Counted from the stretch's first letter, positions 8,673 to 16,042 are shown. The stretch: DNA of 32,000 nt from Faecalibaculum rodentium (GCF_001564455.1 NZ_CP011391.1:2070001-2102000), one strand, 5' to 3'. Notes: generated by a model from the letters alone, not told the origin. Made by a program: numbers and translations.

Positions 8673-9567
8673 GTCCCTGGGTCTGGATGACGAAATCCGG
8701 GACCTTCTGGAAAAATCCATGATTGGGATGTCCGAGAAAGAAGTCGGAGCCTGGATGGACCACATTTATGATCCGGAGAATATGTTCGTCATGATCCGGG
8801 ATGACCGCCCCGTGTCCTGCATTCAGGTCAAACACCGTGTCCTTCATCTCACAAACCGGCAGCTGACGGTATCAGTGCCGGTTCTTTTCTGTACCCACCC
8901 GGATTACCGCCTCCAGCGGTGTTTCGGGAAACTCATGGAAGCCGTCATTGCACAGGCTTCGGCGAACGATCTCGCGCTCTTGACCGTCAGCGACCAGGTG
9001 AAGGTCCTGGAAAAACGCAGCTTTTTTCCCGTCGCCAGATGCCGCGAGTACTGGCTCGACAGGATACAGATTCCACCCCTGTCGGATGGATCCGTACGGC
9101 CATGGCGCGGGGAGGATCTGTATCCGGTGTATCAGGGATTTGTCCGGAATTTTCCCATCCGGCTGGAACTCAGCCGCGATGAGTTTGAGGCGCATCTTGC
9201 ATATCTGCGTGCTGCCGGGCGCCGGATCTGGGTGGCGGCGGATCAGTGGACGCATGTCGAGGGCTTTGGCGTGACGCTGCCTGTCTCGACGGGGATCCGC
9301 TTTGAGTTGCTAGCCTATGAGAACAGCCGGGCGCTGGTGAACCTTCTGGCGAGACAGGCGCGCTATACCCAGACCCTGGTGGTGAGAACCGGTCCCAATG
9401 AAGCGCTGGAGCGGCTGTTTGAAGGTGTCGTGCACCGCCCGAAGGACTCGGTGCTGGTGCGCCTCACCAACTGGCAGCTGTTGAGCCGGTGGCTGAATAT
9501 GGAACTCCGCAGCCCTCAGGCGCTCTTTGATGCCTTCCCCGCCGCGATGTGGTTTGGCCTGTTGTAG
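8650..9567 (+). CDS. GNAT-family acetyltransferase, Eis-like architecture (GNAT plus SCP2-like C-terminus), tentative
   Basis: ATG 8650 is preceded by GGAGGTGGAGG (8634-8644). VPVLFCTHPDYRLQRCFGKLMEAVI...LLTVSDQVKVLEKRSFFPV resembles the GNAT acetyl-CoA binding motif A, and the C-terminal part resembles the Eis-type sterol-carrier-like tail. The 8587 start is rejected because it has no RBS. Confidence 0.5.
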   Translation: MTHVIRSESLGLDDEIRDLLEKSMIGMSEKEVGAWMDHIYDPENMFVMIRDDRPVSCIQVKHRVLHLTNRQLTVSVPVLFCTHPDYRLQRCFGKLMEAVIAQASANDLALLTVSDQVKVLEKRSFFPVARCREYWLDRIQIPPLSDGSVRPWRGEDLYPVYQGFVRNFPIRLELSRDEFEAHLAYLRAAGRRIWVAADQWTHVEGFGVTLPVSTGIRFELLAYENSRALVNLLARQARYTQTLVVRTGPNEALERLFEGVVHRPKDSVLVRLTNWQLLSRWLNMELRSPQALFDAFPAAMWFGLL

Positions 9568-9617
9568 GCACCTGCTGCCAATGGTGGCTGGGCTGTCGTG
9601 ATGCATATTATAAAGAC

Positions 9618-9664
9618 AAACTCCCTCCGGGATCTTCCGTCAGATCCCCAGAGGGAGTTTTTCA
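9618..9664. terminator. Long hairpin terminator between convergent GNAT (+) and ATPase (-) genes
   Basis: AAACTCCCTCCGGGATCT-tccgtc-AGATCCCCAGAGGGAGTTT forms an 18-19 bp imperfect stem (9618-9660), followed by tttt. Confidence 0.7.
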
Positions 9665-9812
9665 TTGAATTGAACCCCGGAAAGCAGCATTTTCAAATTT
9701 GGCAACGAGTCCATTCATACTCTGGATCCTGTTTCTGAAGATGCCGCATACAGTCTCCGGTCTTTGCTGTCTTGCTTTCCTCAAACTGCCAAAGTTCAGA
9801 ATATATGGAACT

Positions 9813-11087
9813 TCAATCTTTCAGGCAACCAAGAGGTACAACATAAACTCCATCACTTCGTCTATATGCATATTGACCTGTTCCGGTTAATACCATGAGA
9901 AACGAAGGTTCTTTCATCTTTTCTGTATCCAGCTTTTCTCGCAGCTTTTTAAGATTCTCTGCTCCTTCTTCGATAAGTTTGTCGCCTCCAAGTTTTATTT
10001 CAATTAATCCATAAGAACCATTTCGAAGATGGATAACCGCATCACATACAAGCCCAGTTTTATCACGGTAATGATATACATCCCCATTGAGTGCTTCAGC
10101 ATAAACTCTCAGATCACGAATACACATCGCCTCAAACAAAAGGCCGAATGTCTTTAAGTCAGCTGTCAAATCTCCCGGGCCAACACCCAAGGCAGCAGCT
10201 GCAATAGAAGGATCTACAAAAAATCTGGTATTAGAAGTCCTGATAGTAGTTTTTGACCGCAGATTTGGATTCCAGGCTTTTAACTCCTCTATCACAAATA
10301 TTCTCTCTAAGGCACGTATATAAGAATAAACAGTTGAGGAATCCAGTGCCTTCATATCATTGGCTTCCATGTCCTGACGGATTACTTCACTCGTTGCCTG
10401 CGTTCCCTGATTTCGGGCGTAGGACTTCATGAAGAGCTTAACCCGTTCAGGATTCCTCAATCTTCCATCTGCACGGGAAACATCAGAATGAACAACTGCA
10501 TCATAATACCCTGCGGCCTGATCCAATACCGTTTCATCCGTAAATCCAATTGCAAGAGGCCAGCCACCACGACATGTCAGAAAAGCCAGTTTATCCATAT
10601 CCAGTGTATTGGTCCCCGTTATTTTTTCCGGAGAGTTGAACAGTTCTGCAAGGCTCACGTCTCCTGTAGATTCTTGTGACTCATAAAGACTCATTGGACG
10701 CATAGTCAGCCAGATAAAGCGCCCAGTTCCGGTATGTCGAATATGATCCGAAGATGGTGGAACAGCAGATCCTGTCAATATAAACTGACCAAGTTCATCT
10801 CTATGATCAACTTCATATCTGACAGCATCCCACAGTTTGGGTGCGAGCTGCCACTCATCAATCAGTCTTGGGGTTTTCCCTTCCAGAAGACGTTGCGGAT
10901 CCAGTTCAGCAAGTGTCATATTCTGTGCTTCATTCTTTGGATCGGCCATATAAAGAACACTACCGGCTATCTGTTCAGCCGTTGTCGTTTTACCACACCA
11001 TTTTGGCCCTTGAATCAAAACTGCTCCAATCCCCTTAAGCTTACGCTTTAGTATTCTATCTACTATTCTTGGCTTGTATTCTTTCAT
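9813..11087 (-). CDS. AAA-type ATPase with C-terminal PD-(D/E)XK-like module (AAA_14/DUF4143-like family)
   Basis: Walker A is LIQGPKWCGKTT and Walker B-like is RLIDEWQ. The C-terminal CDAVIHLRNGSYGLIEIKLGG carries a D...E-x-K nuclease signature. A strong RBS GGAGGAG lies upstream of ATG 11087. Sampled 60-nt lines are about 37-48% GC, against about 60% in the flanks. Confidence 0.75.
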   Translation of the reverse strand: MKEYKPRIVDRILKRKLKGIGAVLIQGPKWCGKTTTAEQIAGSVLYMADPKNEAQNMTLAELDPQRLLEGKTPRLIDEWQLAPKLWDAVRYEVDHRDELGQFILTGSAVPPSSDHIRHTGTGRFIWLTMRPMSLYESQESTGDVSLAELFNSPEKITGTNTLDMDKLAFLTCRGGWPLAIGFTDETVLDQAAGYYDAVVHSDVSRADGRLRNPERVKLFMKSYARNQGTQATSEVIRQDMEANDMKALDSSTVYSYIRALERIFVIEELKAWNPNLRSKTTIRTSNTRFFVDPSIAAAALGVGPGDLTADLKTFGLLFEAMCIRDLRVYAEALNGDVYHYRDKTGLVCDAVIHLRNGSYGLIEIKLGGDKLIEEGAENLKKLREKLDTEKMKEPSFLMVLTGTGQYAYRRSDGVYVVPLGCLKD

Positions 11088-11124
11088 CGTTCTCCTCCGC
11101 CTTGAATATTGTGTTTATAGCCCA

Positions 11125-11133
11125 ATTATCACA
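11125..11133 (-). promoter_or_regulatory. Candidate extended -10 promoter element for the ATPase gene
   Basis: The minus strand reads TGtGATAAT about 38 nt upstream of the ATG. The -35 position falls inside the first unit of the 23-bp repeat array. Confidence 0.4.
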
Positions 11134-11138
11134 GCATT

Positions 11139-11290
11139 CCCGAGTTTGGCCGATTTTCGTTCCTGAGTTTGGCCGGTTTTCATCCCTGAGTTTGGCTGGT
11201 TTTCATCCCTGAGTTTGGCCGGTTTTCATCCCTGAGTTTGGCCGGTTTTCGTTCCTGAGTTTAGCCAGTTTTCATCCCCGAGTTTGGCAG
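11139..11290. repeat. Tandem array, about 6.6 copies of a 23-bp unit (cctgagtttggccggttttcatc)
   Basis: Units start at 11139, 11162, 11185, 11208, 11231 and 11254, with a partial unit at 11277. They are contiguous, with 0-4 substitutions per unit. The period is not a multiple of 3, and no ORF runs through the array. Confidence 0.9.
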
Positions 11291-11328
11291 AAGCTGCCAA
11301 CGCCACCATCCCCATCACCACACCAACA

Positions 11329-11360
11329 CAAAAACAGCCCCTGGAGTTTGATGAGTTGCC
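11329..11360. repeat. Copy 1 of a 32-bp direct repeat (solo left arm of the downstream terminator)
   Basis: caaaaacagcccctggagtttgatgagttgcc is identical to 11477-11508, 148 bp away. Confidence 0.85.
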
Positions 11361-11469
11361 TTACCCAACTATCCGACAGCAGAAAACAATAACCCAAATT
11401 CACCAGCCCGACTCCTCACCTTGGTAAATCTCCTCCATTCTTATCTTCTCCACCATTCTCATCCTTCCA

Positions 11470-11536
11470 CCAAACCCAAAAACAGCCCCTGGAGTTTGAT
11501 GAGTTGCCATCGGCCAACCATCAAACCGCAGGGGCC
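11470..11536 (-). terminator. Terminator of the GTPase-NYN gene
   Basis: Long imperfect hairpin with arms 11485-11508 and 11512-11535 (gcccctg..gtttgatg..gttg..cc pairs). It starts 3 nt after the TGA stop at 11539-11541. On the minus strand it is followed by UGUUUUUGGGUUUGG. Confidence 0.75.
11477..11508. repeat. Copy 2 of the 32-bp direct repeat (forms half of the GTPase-gene terminator)
   Basis: Identical 32-mer. Here it pairs with 11512-11535. Confidence 0.85.
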
Positions 11537-11538
11537 TG

Positions 11539-14007
11539 TCAGTCATGTCCGTGTTGCCTGTACTCCTCGGGAATCACCGCGCTTCGCTCAATTGCCAGCT
11601 CCAGCTCCCGGGCGCTGATCCGTCTGGCACCCTTGGTCAGCACCGAGTTCTGGATCAGACCGTCGGATGTCGCCACATGCAGCTGATACTCGTTTCTGAG
11701 CACCGAAACCAGCTTCTCGATATAGGCATCCGCTGTCTGTCCCGCCCGGGTGTACACCACCTCCAGGGCTCCCCGCATATTCCGGGACCCGGGATTATCC
11801 TGCACCCGCCACCCATCGAACACCAGGATCATCCGGCACCCCAGATAGCCCTGGTAACTCGACAGGATCCGGATCAGTTCCTGTCTGGCATCATGCAGCG
11901 GCAGTGTCTTCAGACTGCTCCAGCTGTTGATGATGTTGTACCCATCCACCACATAGCACACAGGTTTGGGCGGATGCAGCGTGACATCCTGCTGTTCCAT
12001 TGCCATGTCCCGCCGCTTGTGCGGCTTCACGGTTTTCTTCTCGTTTTTGTTCCGCCCGGATACCGCCGCAAAGGCCTTCCGGGCTTCTTCCTCCGACACC
12101 ACGGAATTCCGGTGCCCTGCCGGGGTGTATCCAGCGGTCCGCTCGCTCTCCAGCGGAATGTGCATGTGCTCCGGCGCTTCATCCCAGGGGACCGTGAACC
12201 CCGCCCCGCCGGCACAGAACACACTGTCCGGTGTGTTGCGCAGATCCGCCACCGGATCATAGTCAATTTCCGCCAGGATCCTATCCTGGTCGGGACTCGG
12301 TTCATACTGGGTCTCTCCCAGTTCCAGCATTCCCCCGCCTTTGGTCAGGGCACGGAGTTCATTCTGGAAATCTGCCAGGTTCCGCAGGGGACCGCTCCCG
12401 GTGATGGCGTCATCCTGGACCTGCACGGAAGCACCCCGCTTCTCCAGCTCATAGAGGACAGTGCCGATGAACTGGCTGTCACACTGAATGGAAAAGGAGA
12501 TCATGGGCTCCAGCAGCACCGTTTCTCCCGCTTCCCTGGCGGTCATGAGCGCCTGCCGGACCGCGCGGTTCGCTGCCTGACGAAAATCCCCGCCTTCGGT
12601 GTGCTTCAAGTGACCCTTTCCGGCGGTGACAGTGATCTTCACATCCGTCAAGTCACTCCCCGACAGAACCCCTTTGTGGCGCTTGTGGCGCAAGGCCGAC
12701 AGGATCTGTGCCTGGAACCGTGGCGAGAGTGTATCTGTGTCCACCTCACTCTCCACCGTGATCCCGCTCCCGGGTTTTGCAGGCTCCAGCCGCAAATGCA
12801 CCTCGGCGTAATGACGCAGGGGTTCAAAGTGACCGTATCCCTTCACCGGCGCGGTGATGGTCTCGCGATACACCGGGGTGCCGACAGAGAACCCCACATC
12901 GATGCCGGCCAGATCGCGGATGCGCCGGGTGAGGACTTCCTTCTGCACCTCCCCCGCGAGACGGATCCGGATCCCCCGTCTGTCGCTTTCGATATCCAGC
13001 GTCGGGTCCTGGGCCGAGAGCCGGGCCATGACCGGCCCCAGATCCGGGGCTCCTTCCGGCACCAGGATCTCGTACGCCATGGACGGCACCAGCTTCGGGC
13101 CTTCCACCGGTGCCTGGGCACCGAACACATCCCCCGGAACGAGGTCTGTACCCGTGACCACTGCTGTCATCCCCGCCGGAACGCCACCTGTGGGGGCATT
13201 CACGAGCCTGTTTCCCTGGAACACCTTCACCTGATCAAACCGGAGGTCTTCCAGCTTCGTCCTGGGTTCCAGGACACCGCCGGTGACCTTCACATGCACA
13301 CCGGCATCATCGCGCTTGTATACAAATCCCCCCAGATCCGGGCCATAGACCCTTTCCGGTGCCAGATCTGTCAGGGCATCGAGCAGCTCTGCGGTCCCCT
13401 CATGATGCAGGGCGCTCCCGAAAAACACCGGAAAGAGCTTCCGGGCCGCCACGCGGGTACGGATGTGATCCCGGGAAATCTCCCCCGTCTGGTCCCATTC
13501 CTCCAGCAGGGCATCATCTGTCAGGGCAATCTGTTCCGGATCCAGGGGAACCGCCGCAGCAGAGAGCTGTGTCTGGATATCGGCCAGCAGGTCTTCCTCA
13601 CTGCGCCTGGCGAGATCCATTTTGTTCACAAACACCAGCGCGGGAATTCCCCCGGCCTCCAGCAGCCGCCAGATGGTTTTCGTATGCGACTGCACACCGT
13701 CCAGGCCCGAGACAATGACCACCGCAAGATCCGCCGCCGAGAGCCCGCGCTCCATTTCGCTGGAGAAATCCGCATGCCCCGGTGTGTCAATGACCTGCAC
13801 CCCGGTGTCCCGCCAGGCAAATCCCGCCTCCTTGGCGTAAATCGTGATCCCCCGCTCCCGTTCCTGGATGTCGTCATCCAGCACCGTTGTCTGTTTGTCC
13901 ACCCGCCCGGGGTGGCGGATGGCCCCCGCTGTATACAGCAGGCTTTCTATCAACGTGGTTTTCCCCGCATCCACATGTGCGAGGATCGACAGCACAATAT
14001 GTTTCAT
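11539..14007 (-). CDS. Translational GTPase (TetM/TetO/EF-G-like) fused to a C-terminal YacP/Rae1-type NYN ribonuclease domain
   Basis: From ATG 14007 the GTPase motifs are MKHIVLSILAHVDAGKTT (G1), RGITI (G2), DTPGH (G3) and NKMD (G4), in an EF-G/TetM-like body of about 640 aa. A basic linker follows. Residues encoded by 11542-11961 read VVDGYN...LVFDG...QTADAYIEKL...HVATSD...RISAREL, matching the YacP/Rae1 motifs. The frame is uninterrupted in this assembly. The 82 extra N-terminal codons in the ORF track (to 14253) lack homology and an RBS. Confidence 0.85.
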   Translation of the reverse strand: MKHIVLSILAHVDAGKTTLIESLLYTAGAIRHPGRVDKQTTVLDDDIQERERGITIYAKEAGFAWRDTGVQVIDTPGHADFSSEMERGLSAADLAVVIVSGLDGVQSHTKTIWRLLEAGGIPALVFVNKMDLARRSEEDLLADIQTQLSAAAVPLDPEQIALTDDALLEEWDQTGEISRDHIRTRVAARKLFPVFFGSALHHEGTAELLDALTDLAPERVYGPDLGGFVYKRDDAGVHVKVTGGVLEPRTKLEDLRFDQVKVFQGNRLVNAPTGGVPAGMTAVVTGTDLVPGDVFGAQAPVEGPKLVPSMAYEILVPEGAPDLGPVMARLSAQDPTLDIESDRRGIRIRLAGEVQKEVLTRRIRDLAGIDVGFSVGTPVYRETITAPVKGYGHFEPLRHYAEVHLRLEPAKPGSGITVESEVDTDTLSPRFQAQILSALRHKRHKGVLSGSDLTDVKITVTAGKGHLKHTEGGDFRQAANRAVRQALMTAREAGETVLLEPMISFSIQCDSQFIGTVLYELEKRGASVQVQDDAITGSGPLRNLADFQNELRALTKGGGMLELGETQYEPSPDQDRILAEIDYDPVADLRNTPDSVFCAGGAGFTVPWDEAPEHMHIPLESERTAGYTPAGHRNSVVSEEEARKAFAAVSGRNKNEKKTVKPHKRRDMAMEQQDVTLHPPKPVCYVVDGYNIINSWSSLKTLPLHDARQELIRILSSYQGYLGCRMILVFDGWRVQDNPGSRNMRGALEVVYTRAGQTADAYIEKLVSVLRNEYQLHVATSDGLIQNSVLTKGARRISARELELAIERSAVIPEEYRQHGHD

Positions 14008-14339
14008 GGGTTCACTGTACCATTGATTGCCAAAACAGGAAAATGCCGTGGTTGCCGGTGCTGATGGTGAAAGAGGCCGATGGCGGCTTCCGTCGGGCAT
14101 AAGCCGGCATAAGTCCGGGTGATGATGGATGATGCCATCCATTGATGAAGCCGGGAGCATCGTTTGGAAAGACAGGCCTGTCTGACCATCATCGGCAGGG
14201 GAACTTTTGAAACCGGGGCTTTTCAGCCACCATCGGCAGGGAAAACGATACATTTCAGACTGTGGCAGGTTCTGTCGGGCAGGTCCCGGGGTTTGGGGAT
14301 GGGTCTCTTCTATAATGGAGGCATAAGGGGGCGCATTTC

Positions 14340-14936
14340 ATGAAATCATGGACACTCATTGCCTGTGCGGGTCTGCTTGCGTTGGCGGGCTGCACGAATT
14401 CAGTGGCACAGGGTACCACTCAGGCGAAGGAACCTGTACAGGAACAGCAGGATGCTTTCAAGAAACAGGACACATCGGCGGATACGAACACGGATGTGAA
14501 GGACACGACGGAATCAAAGGGTACGGCGAACACCACGACGACCGATAGCTCTGATGCGGTGAGCAAAAACGCCGACAGGCTGCATCAGGGGCTGAAGGAT
14601 GCGGGGTTCACGGTGTCGGACTACGAGGCGGAGCTGCATGAGGTTTCGTTCGATGCGACAAACGGCAACAGTTTCCTGGGTGCGGATGTGGAGTATATCC
14701 CGAATGCCCGTACGTCGTACGATCATCAGAAGAACGACAATGATGTAACGGTGGAGAACGAATACACGGATGGTGCAAGGTCGATGTGTGTGCTCCGGGA
14801 TCTGGAGGACAACACGTATGAGATCCTGGGTGTGGATGAAGACAGCGATCTGCTGTATGACATTGATGACATCAAGTCCGAGGATATCGGTACGGTGAAG
14901 CACATCATGGTGCAGGTGGGATTTCCGGCTGAATAA
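14340..14936 (+). CDS. Lipoprotein, hypothetical
   Basis: Signal peptide with lipobox MKSWTLIACAGLLALAGC, followed by a T/D/K-rich linker and a globular C-terminal part. TATAAT lies at 14311-14316 and GGAGG at 14318-14322 upstream. Confidence 0.65.
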   Translation: MKSWTLIACAGLLALAGCTNSVAQGTTQAKEPVQEQQDAFKKQDTSADTNTDVKDTTESKGTANTTTTDSSDAVSKNADRLHQGLKDAGFTVSDYEAELHEVSFDATNGNSFLGADVEYIPNARTSYDHQKNDNDVTVENEYTDGARSMCVLRDLEDNTYEILGVDEDSDLLYDIDDIKSEDIGTVKHIMVQVGFPAE

Positions 14937-14996
14937 GGACCCTGCTGCGGATCCGGTTCCATGACTTGACTGGATCACCGGTTGGACGCTGCGTGA

Positions 14997-15048
14997 CAAA
15001 AAGCCCCGGGTGGCGGGATTCGAGAATGCCTGGCCGACCGGGGTTTTT
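14997..15048 (+). terminator. Possible terminator after the lipoprotein gene (weak)
   Basis: aaaaagccccgg ... ccggggttttt. There is only a 6-bp GC core stem (15003-15008 / 15038-15043) with a long 29-nt loop, followed by a T5 run. Confidence 0.35.
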
Positions 15049-15220
15049 GTGTGGGCGGTGGATGGGAGTCCCTTGCCACCGACTGGCAATAGAGATCAAC
15101 TTTTGTCTTCTGTCTTCGTATATGGGATTTGTACCGGCCGTACCGGGTATCACACAAAAAGCTCCGGGTCCCGGCCATTGCGGCGAAATCCAGAGCCTTT
15201 GCTGTGTCTGATTGTCTGTG

Positions 15221-15631
15221 TTACTGCTTGAATCCGTAGGTCTTGTTGACAAATTTCGCTGCATCCACCATGACCCGGGTGTGACTGGCCTGTCCAATCA
15301 GGTCGTTTCCCTGCCAGGCTTCGCACCAGAACTCCATTTTCCGGCCATCGACTTTGGTCAGCGTGGCGCGCACTTTGATCGTGGCGCCCAGGGGGCTGGC
15401 CTTGAGGTGATCCAGGTTGAGTTTCGTGCCGACTGATGTCATGGCTTCCTGTTCCTCAGGTTCCACGGTGAGGTCATTGGCCTGTCCTATACAGGCACAG
15501 GCGGTTTCTTCCATCCAGGCTGCGAGCTGGGGCGTGGCGAGGACTGCCAGGGAGCCGGATTTCATGGTGCTGGCCAGGCCGGATTCTTCCACGACTTTTT
15601 CCAGGTCCACGTATTTGTTCATCATGTTCAT
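15221..15631 (-). CDS. Hotdog-fold thioesterase (FlK/4HBT-like family)
   Basis: 136 aa. LAVLATPQLAAWMEETA...TSVGTKLNLDHLKASPLGATI...GRKMEFWCEAW...IGQASHTRVMV is the typical small hotdog thioesterase pattern. RBS GAAGGAG lies upstream. Confidence 0.7.
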   Translation of the reverse strand: MNMMNKYVDLEKVVEESGLASTMKSGSLAVLATPQLAAWMEETACACIGQANDLTVEPEEQEAMTSVGTKLNLDHLKASPLGATIKVRATLTKVDGRKMEFWCEAWQGNDLIGQASHTRVMVDAAKFVNKTYGFKQ

Positions 15632-15806
15632 GGGTTGGTTCGCTCCTTCTTTTTCCTCATTTTAGCACGCAGGGTGTTTGAGCCTTGTGTACACTCTCCT
15701 GTGTTTGTGGTTCTGCATGCTGGTGATGAAAGCCGTGACCAGTCCTGGAGATACAAGGCAGAAACAGGTGTACACTGTGCAGGCATTCCAGTCCTGTGCT
15801 TGTGCA

Positions 15807-15844
15807 GAAAGGGGTTACAGTGGACATGAGGAAAGGGGTTACAG
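15807..15844. repeat. 14-nt perfect direct repeat gaaaggggttacag, two copies with a 24-nt period
   Basis: Copies lie at 15807-15820 and 15831-15844. A third degenerate gaaagg follows at 15857-15862, merging into the sORF RBS. Confidence 0.8.
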
Positions 15845-15869
15845 AGTATCTATCCGGAAAGGAGCAGTC

Positions 15870-15917
15870 ATGTCGATATTCTATCTGATCTACCTGGCAG
15901 CTACTGGCAAGTTCTAG
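15870..15917 (+). CDS. Candidate 15-codon small ORF (MSIFYLIYLAATGKF)
   Basis: AAAGGAG (15858-15864) lies 5 nt before ATG 15870. The peptide is hydrophobic. A GC-rich hairpin terminator follows about 80 nt downstream. There is no homology evidence. Confidence 0.3.
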   Translation: MSIFYLIYLAATGKF

Positions 15918-15996
15918 CAACCGGTCAGTCCTGTGCCGGATTTCTCTGAAACTTTTCCAGTCATGGCCATATCATTGTTTTTCTTCTGACACAGAG

Positions 15997-16042
15997 AAAG
16001 CCGCCGGCTCCTGCAGGAAAGCGGAAGCCGGCGGCTTTTGAC
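15997..16042. terminator. GC-rich hairpin terminator in non-coding region
   Basis: Perfect 13-bp stem aaagccgccggct (15997-16009) with agccggcggcttt (16026-16038) and a 16-nt loop. T4 lies on the plus side and tttctct on the minus side. Confidence 0.55.

Noticed and set aside
11139-11290. Possible CRISPR array
   Set aside because: The 23-bp units are contiguous with no spacers, shorter than typical CRISPR repeats, and there are no cas genes in the window. It is a tandem repeat, not a CRISPR array.
11284-11300. Sigma-54 promoter (TTGGCA...) at the end of the repeat array; a similar TTGGCAC at about 16045
   Set aside because: The -12 TTGC element is not present at the required spacing. The first sequence is better described as a 17-bp palindrome.
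9665-11300. Annotating the lower-GC ATPase segment or the 27.2-30.2 kb cassette as a mobile element
   Set aside because: No integrase, transposase, terminal inverted repeats or flanking target duplications could be identified. Only compositional evidence exists, so these are reported as findings rather than mobile_element features.
11539-14007. Calling the GTPase a tetracycline-resistance determinant, tet(M)/tet(O)
   Set aside because: Only family-level resemblance (GTPase motifs, overall length) can be seen. Many non-resistance EF-G/TetM paralogs exist in Firmicutes, and the NYN fusion argues for a different role. Resistance cannot be inferred without identity values or an MIC test.
11545-14064. 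839-aa plus-strand ORF, one of the longest in the track
   Set aside because: It lies antisense to the GTPase-NYN gene. The translation is low-complexity and R/H/P/G-rich with no recognisable motifs, whereas the minus-strand product has complete GTPase and NYN signatures. This is a typical shadow ORF of GC-rich DNA.
14008-14253. 82-codon N-terminal extension of the GTPase ORF (start at 14253)
   Set aside because: Homology to TetM/EF-G N-termini begins exactly at MKHIVLSILAHVDAGKT (14007). The extension has no RBS and is W/P/S/H-rich. It is kept only as a caveat in a finding.
15141-15220. Terminator for the thioesterase gene
   Set aside because: The only self-complementary segment (ccggg-t-cccgg) has a 1-nt loop and cannot form a stable hairpin. 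No convincing structure was found.
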